From assembly GCA_963790405.1 (NCBI GenBank), contig CAWBOJ010000006.1, positions 466,579 through 530,578 of the forward strand: 64,000 bases of DNA, written 5' to 3'. Shown piece after piece: positions 58,030-64,000 of the stretch. Every line of letters starts with the position of its first letter. The stretch's first letter is position 1. Under the pieces are notes generated by a model. That model ran no database searches. It was not told the origin of the DNA and saw only the letters and a program-made list of their open reading frames with translations. Position numbers and translations under genes: made by a program. Source of the DNA: an uncultured Actinomycetota bacterium (lineage in GTDB: Bacteria > Actinomycetota > Coriobacteriia > Anaerosomatales > JAGXFU01).

Positions 58030-58706
58030 GTTCAGGTTGAGGGTGCGCTACCACAAGGCGGGCAGGTTGCGCTTCCTAGCCCATCTTGAGGTCGTTCACG
58101 CTATCGAGCGCGGTGCGCGACGTGCGGATTTGCCGTATGCTGTGACTCGAGGCTTCAGCCCTCACATGAAGGTGTCGTTCGGGCCTGCACTCCCGGTCGC
58201 AACGACCGGGCTGAACGAGTACGTTGACCTGTGGTTGAGCGCGTATGTACCCGCCGAAGAGGTGCGGGTTCGGTTCGCTGCTGCGATGCCAGATGGGCTT
58301 GCCCCTCTGGAGGCGCGCTACGTACCGGATGCCCTGCCGTCGCTTTCGGCGGCGTGTACTGTCGCGGTGTACGAGATCGCAATCGGAGAAAGGAGTATCG
58401 AACACGAGGAGCTGGATGAGGCGCTCGGTGCGGTGGTCCGTTCCGGTGAACTCTCGGTGCAGCACAAGGGCAAGACGAAGGTTTTCGATCTGACGCGCAG
58501 TCTCCCGAAGGAGCCACGTGTGAGGTCGACCGAGATCGGGGATAGTCGTCGACGTGACGACGCGGATGGGCCAGCAAGGCTCACTCCGACCCGAGATGCT
58601 GCTGACAGAGGCACTCTCCCGGATCGACGCGCAAGACGCCTCGATGGAAGTGACGCGTGTCGACACCCTGGTCGAAGAGGACGGGGTGACGAAGCGTCCT
58701 ATCTAA
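58007..58706 (+). pseudogene. Radical SAM-associated protein (DUF2344 / TIGR03936-like), one frameshift near 58541
   Basis: FRLRVRYHKAGRLRFLAHLEVVHAIERGARRADLPYAVTRGFSPHMKVSFGPALP. ATCGGG[G]ATAGTC without one g restores the tail IVVDVTTRMGQQGSLRPEMLLTEAL...EEDGVTKRPI, ending at TAA 58704-58706. The exact start is uncertain. Confidence 0.7.
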
Positions 58707-58724
58707 CGGGAGAGAGCGCAGACG

Positions 58725-60212
58725 GTGGCAGAGCCACTACGCGAGATGCTTATCTCGCATGATTCCAACGAGACGCGCGTTGCGCTGCTCGAGGATCGTA
58801 ACCTTGTAGAACTCTATATCGAGCGTCCCAAACGTTCAGTGGTCGGCAACGTCTACCTGGGCAAGGTGAAGGACGTCTTGCCGGGTATGCAGGCCGCTTT
58901 CGTCGACGTCGGTCTCGAGAAGAACGCGTTTCTCTATGTCGACGAAGTGGTCACTCCCGAGGGCTTGGAGGGACTGCCCCGCAGGGACATTCAGTCACTT
59001 CTGCGGCCCGGCCAGCAGATCATGGTGCAGGTTCTCAAGGATCCCATGGGAACCAAAGGCGCCCGCGTCACAACCGAGGTCACGCTTCCGGGGCGGTTCC
59101 TTGTCCTGATGCCGTTCTCGGAGTTCGTGGGGGTATCGCGCAAGCTTCCCGACGATGAGCGGGATCGATTGCACGACATCATCGCTCCTCATGTCGATCA
59201 GGGATTGGGCGTCATCGTCCGGACCGTGGCGCAGGGTGCATCTGAACGCGACCTTGTGTCCGATCTCGAGTTTCTGTTGCGGTTGTGGAAGCGCGTCAGT
59301 CATCAGGCCCGTGACGGCCTCGCACCGGAAGTCATCTACACGGAGATGGACCTGGCGCTGCGCTTGGTGCGGGACGTGTTGTCGGAGGAGTACAAGCGTC
59401 TCCTGATCGATGACAAGTCGACGTACGAGAAGGTCGTTTCCTTCTTGAAGAAGACTTCCCCGCAGCTCATGCGGTGCGTGCATCACTACAAGGACAGGAC
59501 GCCTCTGTTCGAGGGATTCGATCTGCAGCCTGCGATAGACTCCGCGTTGAGACGGGCGGTCTTTCTGCCGAGCGGCGGGCACATCACTATCGACAAGACC
59601 GAGGCTCTCACGGCCATCGACGTCAACACCGGCAAGTTCGTCGGTCGCAAGAATCTCGAGGAGACCATCTTCAAGACGAATCTCGAGGCGGCCGAGGAGG
59701 TCGTGCGCCAACTGCGGTTGCGTGACATAGGTGGCATCATCGTGATCGACTTCATCGACATGGAAGACGGCTTTCACCGCGCTGAGCTGGCGCAACGTCT
59801 CAATCAGTGCCTGGAGCGCGATCGAACTAAGACGCGGGTAACGGAGATCAGCAAGCTCGGCTTGATCGAGATGACTCGGAAGAATGTCACGGACGGTCTG
59901 TACGGCATGCTCACCGAGCCGTGCACGTGCTGCGGTGGTGAGGGCCGAGTGCTTTCGGCAGCGACGCGCCGTATCGGAGTCGAACGCCACATGCGCGAGA
60001 TCTTGAGACAGGGCAAGTCGCCTGCGTATTTGTTCGGGCTCAATCCCGAAACGTATGGGCTGGTCATGGCGCCGGGGCAGAATGTCGTGGCGGTGCTCAA
60101 GGCGGAGACAGGCAAGCAGGTCGCCATCGTTCCTGACGAGCAATGCGGGCCTACGGAGGTTCGTGTGCTCATCGAAGGCAAGGGGAGTGTGGTCACGCGC
60201 GGACTCGAGTAG
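58725..60212 (+). CDS. rng: Ribonuclease G/E-family endoribonuclease
   Basis: 495-aa ORF with an S1 domain (GNVYLGKVKDVLPGMQAAFVDVG) and a catalytic core (ITIDKTEALTAIDVNTGKFVG, GGIIVIDFIDM). Confidence 0.9.
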   Translation: MAEPLREMLISHDSNETRVALLEDRNLVELYIERPKRSVVGNVYLGKVKDVLPGMQAAFVDVGLEKNAFLYVDEVVTPEGLEGLPRRDIQSLLRPGQQIMVQVLKDPMGTKGARVTTEVTLPGRFLVLMPFSEFVGVSRKLPDDERDRLHDIIAPHVDQGLGVIVRTVAQGASERDLVSDLEFLLRLWKRVSHQARDGLAPEVIYTEMDLALRLVRDVLSEEYKRLLIDDKSTYEKVVSFLKKTSPQLMRCVHHYKDRTPLFEGFDLQPAIDSALRRAVFLPSGGHITIDKTEALTAIDVNTGKFVGRKNLEETIFKTNLEAAEEVVRQLRLRDIGGIIVIDFIDMEDGFHRAELAQRLNQCLERDRTKTRVTEISKLGLIEMTRKNVTDGLYGMLTEPCTCCGGEGRVLSAATRRIGVERHMREILRQGKSPAYLFGLNPETYGLVMAPGQNVVAVLKAETGKQVAIVPDEQCGPTEVRVLIEGKGSVVTRGLE

Positions 60213-60227
60213 TCCTTTCTGGAAGCG

Positions 60228-60256
60228 TTGACGCTGCAGGTAGACCCTGCTAGCAT
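60228..60256 (+). promoter_or_regulatory. Candidate sigma-70/sigA-type promoter of rplU-rpmA
   Basis: TTGACG (60228-60233), a 17-nt spacer, then TAGCAT (60251-60256), 40 nt upstream of the rplU ATG. Confidence 0.45.
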
Positions 60257-60295
60257 ATCCCCTTGCGCAATCAGCGATAGAGAGGGTTCCAAAGG

Positions 60296-60886
60296 ATGTA
60301 CGCTGTCGTATCTACCGGCGGTAAGCAGCTCAAGGTCGAGAAGGGCACCGAAGCGGTCGTCGAGAAGCTCGACGCAGCAGTCGGAGAGTCCGTAGTCCTC
60401 GATGTCTTGTTCGTGGCGGATGGCGACACGATCGTCACCGACGCGGACGCGCTTGCTGCCGCAACCGTGACGGCCGAGATCGTCGAGCACTTCCACGGCG
60501 AGAAGAAGATCATCTTCAAGTTCAAGAAGCGTAAGGGCTACAAGCGCACGAAGGGTCATCGTCAGCAGCAGACCCGCGTGCGAATCACGGATATCTCGGC
60601 CGTGGGCGGCACGAAGAAGGCTGCCAGCAAGCCCAAGGCCGAAGAGCCGAAGGTAGCGGCGAAGCCGACCAAGGCTGCCGCGAAGCCTGCGGAGAAGCCT
60701 GCGAAGGCCGAGAAGCCTGCGAAGGCGGAGCCCAAGGCCCCGAAGGCGAAGGCCAAGGCTGCTGCAGAGCCGGCGCTGGACGCTGCGCACTGTCAGGCCC
60801 TCAAGGGTGACGGTACGCAGTGTCAGAACAAGCCGAAAGAAGGCTCGAAGTACTGCGGCGTTCACGCCAAGAAGTACGACAAGTAG
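60296..60886 (+). CDS. rplU: Ribosomal protein L21 with a ~90-aa Lys/Ala/Pro-rich extension ending in a Cys3-His motif
   Basis: The L21 core is MYAVVSTGGKQLKVEKG...KKIIFKFKKRKGYKRTKGHRQQQTRVRI. An in-frame tail of AKP repeats follows, ending HCQALKGDGTQCQNKPKEGSKYCGVHAKKYDK. Confidence 0.9.
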   Translation: MYAVVSTGGKQLKVEKGTEAVVEKLDAAVGESVVLDVLFVADGDTIVTDADALAAATVTAEIVEHFHGEKKIIFKFKKRKGYKRTKGHRQQQTRVRITDISAVGGTKKAASKPKAEEPKVAAKPTKAAAKPAEKPAKAEKPAKAEPKAPKAKAKAAAEPALDAAHCQALKGDGTQCQNKPKEGSKYCGVHAKKYDK

Positions 60887-60934
60887 GAACGGGGCTCACT
60901 GAAGCTCCGAGAGTGCGAAGGTAGGTAGTGAGCA

Positions 60935-61190
60935 ATGGCTCATAAGAAAGGCCTTGGAAGCACCAGAGAACGGCCGCGATTCGCGGGCGAAGCGACTGGG
61001 CGTCAAAGCATACGGCGGCGAGACCGTCTCGGCGGGCACGATCATCGTCCGTCAGCGCGGTACGCACTTCCACCCCGGCGACAATGTCGGTCGCGGTGGA
61101 GACGACACCCTGTTCGCGAAGATTGATGGCACCGTAGACTTCACTCGTGGTCTCAAGCGTCGCGTTCATGTGCGACCGCTTGTGGGCTAG
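60935..61190 (+). pseudogene. rpmA: Ribosomal protein L27, one frameshift near 60968
   Basis: ATG 60935 starts [17 protein letters not shown][G]AACGGC without the extra g continues [50 protein letters not shown] (ORF 60954-61190). Confidence 0.9.
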
Positions 61191-61230
61191 CGGAGAGAAG
61201 GCCTTCGGCGCATAGCCATGACTTGTTGAG

Positions 61231-61260
61231 GCCCTCCGCCCGAATCGGGTGGGGGGCTTT
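61231..61260 (+). terminator. Strong hairpin plus U-tract between rpmA and obg
   Basis: 12-bp stem GCCCUCCGCCCG / CGGGUGGGGGGC (two G-U pairs) with loop AAU, followed by UUUGUCGUAGUU. Confidence 0.6.
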
Positions 61261-61267
61261 GTCGTAG

Positions 61268-62698
<1,431 letters not shown>

Positions 62699-62707
62699 GG
62701 GACGAGA

Positions 62708-63814
62708 GTGGCGCAGTCACGGCGCATTGTGATCAAGGTGGGGTCGTCCACGCTTTCGGCGGCGGACGGAGGGCTCGATCGCGCGTATGTCGAGAAGCTG
62801 GTTGCGCAGATTGCGGAGCTGAGGCAAACCGGCGTGCAGGTCGTCCTGGTGACGTCAGGCGCGATCTCTGCGGGCCTGGAGACGCTCGGGATCTCGTCGC
62901 ATCCCACCGATATCCCGTCATTGCAGGCGGCGGCGTCTGTCGGTCAGGTGCAGCTTGTGGGAATGTACGCGGCGCTGTTCGCGGCTCAGGCGATACCGGT
63001 CGGGCAGGTGCTCGTAACACGGCACGACACTGCCGACCGGCAGGCCTACCTACACGCCCGTGACACGCTGGAGCGGCTGCTCGGCATGGACGTCGTTCCC
63101 GTCGTCAACGAGAACGATACGGTCGCGGTCGAGGAGATCCGGTTCGGGGACAACGATACGCTCGCGGCGCTGATCGCCACGATGATCAAGGCCGATCTGG
63201 TCGTGTTGCTGACCGATATCGAGGGATTGTACTCGGCGGATCCAAGGTCTGACACGGAGGCCGAACTGCTCGAGCACATCGAGGAGCTCACAGAGCAGGT
63301 CATCTCGGCTGCGGGTGGAGCCGGCACCGCAGTGGGGTCGGGCGGCATGGCCACCAAGGTCGAGGCGGCCAAGGTGCTCATGCGGGCTGGCATTCCCATG
63401 GTTGTGTGTGACGGTCGCCGAGAGCGAGTGATCGTTGAGGCTGCCGAGGGCAAGGCCGTCGGAACGTTCTTCGCCGGTGGAGCGGCAGGCCTGAAGGCGC
63501 GGAAGTCGTGGATCGCCCTGGGCGGGAAGCCCGCGGGTGAGGTCGTGATCGACGACGGTGCCAAAGAGGCGCTGTGCGCGAGAGGCAAGTCGTTGCTGCC
63601 GGCTGGCGTCGTGTCTGTTTCCGGAACGTTCAGCGCGGGCGATGCGATAGTATTGAAAGACCGCGCAGGCACGATCGTGGCGCGCGGCCTGACAGCGCTG
63701 TCCTCGGCGGAACTCGACGAGGTCAAGGGCATGAAGTCGAGCGAGATCGCAGGAGTGATGCCGGAGGTCGCGGGCAAGGAAGTCATACACCGCGATCATC
63801 TGGTGATTCTGTAG
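62708..63814 (+). CDS. proB: Glutamate 5-kinase (with PUA domain)
   Basis: 368-aa ORF with IVIKVGSSTL, VTSGAI, NENDTVAVEEIRFGDNDTLAAL and a C-terminal PUA domain (GEVVIDDGAKEAL...GDAIVL). Confidence 0.9.
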   Translation: MAQSRRIVIKVGSSTLSAADGGLDRAYVEKLVAQIAELRQTGVQVVLVTSGAISAGLETLGISSHPTDIPSLQAAASVGQVQLVGMYAALFAAQAIPVGQVLVTRHDTADRQAYLHARDTLERLLGMDVVPVVNENDTVAVEEIRFGDNDTLAALIATMIKADLVVLLTDIEGLYSADPRSDTEAELLEHIEELTEQVISAAGGAGTAVGSGGMATKVEAAKVLMRAGIPMVVCDGRRERVIVEAAEGKAVGTFFAGGAAGLKARKSWIALGGKPAGEVVIDDGAKEALCARGKSLLPAGVVSVSGTFSAGDAIVLKDRAGTIVARGLTALSSAELDEVKGMKSSEIAGVMPEVAGKEVIHRDHLVIL

Positions 63815-63858
63815 TCGATGCGACGCCGAGGAAAGACGAGGGGAAGGTAGCGAACGCG

Positions 63859-64000
63859 ATGTCGGAAGTGATGACGCTCGCAGTACGTGCACGAGAGGCC
63901 GCCCAGCGCCTGGCGACAACGTCGACCGAGCAGCGCAATCGTGCATTGCTGGCGATGGCGCACGCGCTCACGCACAACCAAGATGAGATCATGGCGGCCA
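63859..64000 (+). CDS. proA: Gamma-glutamyl phosphate reductase (5' part, runs off the window)
   Basis: ATG 63859 starts MSEVMTLAVRAREAAQRLATTSTEQRNRALLAMAHALTHNQDEIMAA, the typical ProA N-terminus, directly after proB. Confidence 0.8.
   Translation, partial: MSEVMTLAVRAREAAQRLATTSTEQRNRALLAMAHALTHNQDEIMAA

Noticed and set aside
58995-60143. 382-aa ORF on the minus strand
   Set aside because: It is antisense to the RNase G/E gene, so it is a shadow ORF.
60600-60790. AKP-coding repeats as a separate histone-like gene or a repeat array
   Set aside because: They are continuous and in frame with the L21 core, with no intervening stop or RBS. The repeats are imperfect codon-level repeats, not CRISPR-like direct repeats with spacers.
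63046-63946. 246-aa and 298-aa ORFs on the minus strand
   Set aside because: They are antisense to proB and low-complexity, so they are shadow ORFs.

Overview
This is a high-GC chromosomal segment that reads like the conserved core of an anaerobic Gram-positive or actinobacterial-type genome. A Coriobacteriia-like origin is my inference from gene content and synteny only. Gene order, left to right: xseA-xseB, a HIT protein, DegV, a RACo-like ASKHA/[2Fe-2S] protein, acs, a heme block (hemE, hemH, two tandem hemY paralogues), an inositol-monophosphatase-like gene, a split transketolase, an OmpR/HisKA two-component pair and a HemN-like radical SAM gene. Next, on the minus strand, is a membrane-bound uptake-type hydrogenase operon (small subunit, large subunit, cytochrome b). 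It is followed by DUF2249, a HAD hydrolase, a GlcD/HdrD-like fusion of about 1030 aa, a Crp/Fnr regulator, a cytochrome b5-like protein, rlmD, a receiver-PilT fusion, OsmC and a three-gene GT2 / PIG-L deacetylase / BshC-like cluster. Then come a small ferredoxin, plsY, a DagK-like kinase, tRNA-Arg(CCG), an EF-G paralogue, a lipoprotein cyclophilin, a TPR protein, ndk, rnfCDGEAB plus NusG_II and a Gx transporter, radC-mreBCD-mrdA-rodA, a radical SAM pair (TIGR03960/TIGR03936 type), rng and rplU-rpmA-obg-proB-proA. I saw no rRNA, CRISPR array, transposase, integrase or recognisable defence system. Two observations dominate. (1) The hydrogenase large subunit has an in-frame TGA exactly at the first Cys of the C-terminal DPCxxCxxH nickel-binding motif, followed by a SECIS-compatible hairpin, so it is a candidate selenocysteine [NiFeSe] hydrogenase. 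(2) Nineteen genes are interrupted by frameshifts. Every one I could resolve at base level is a 1-nt insertion, they cluster at 6.1-21.3 kb, and they also hit rpmA and rnfD/E/A. These are most likely consensus errors, so the label pseudogene below means only disrupted as assembled. Most start codons are inferred from RBS and homology and may be off by a few codons.
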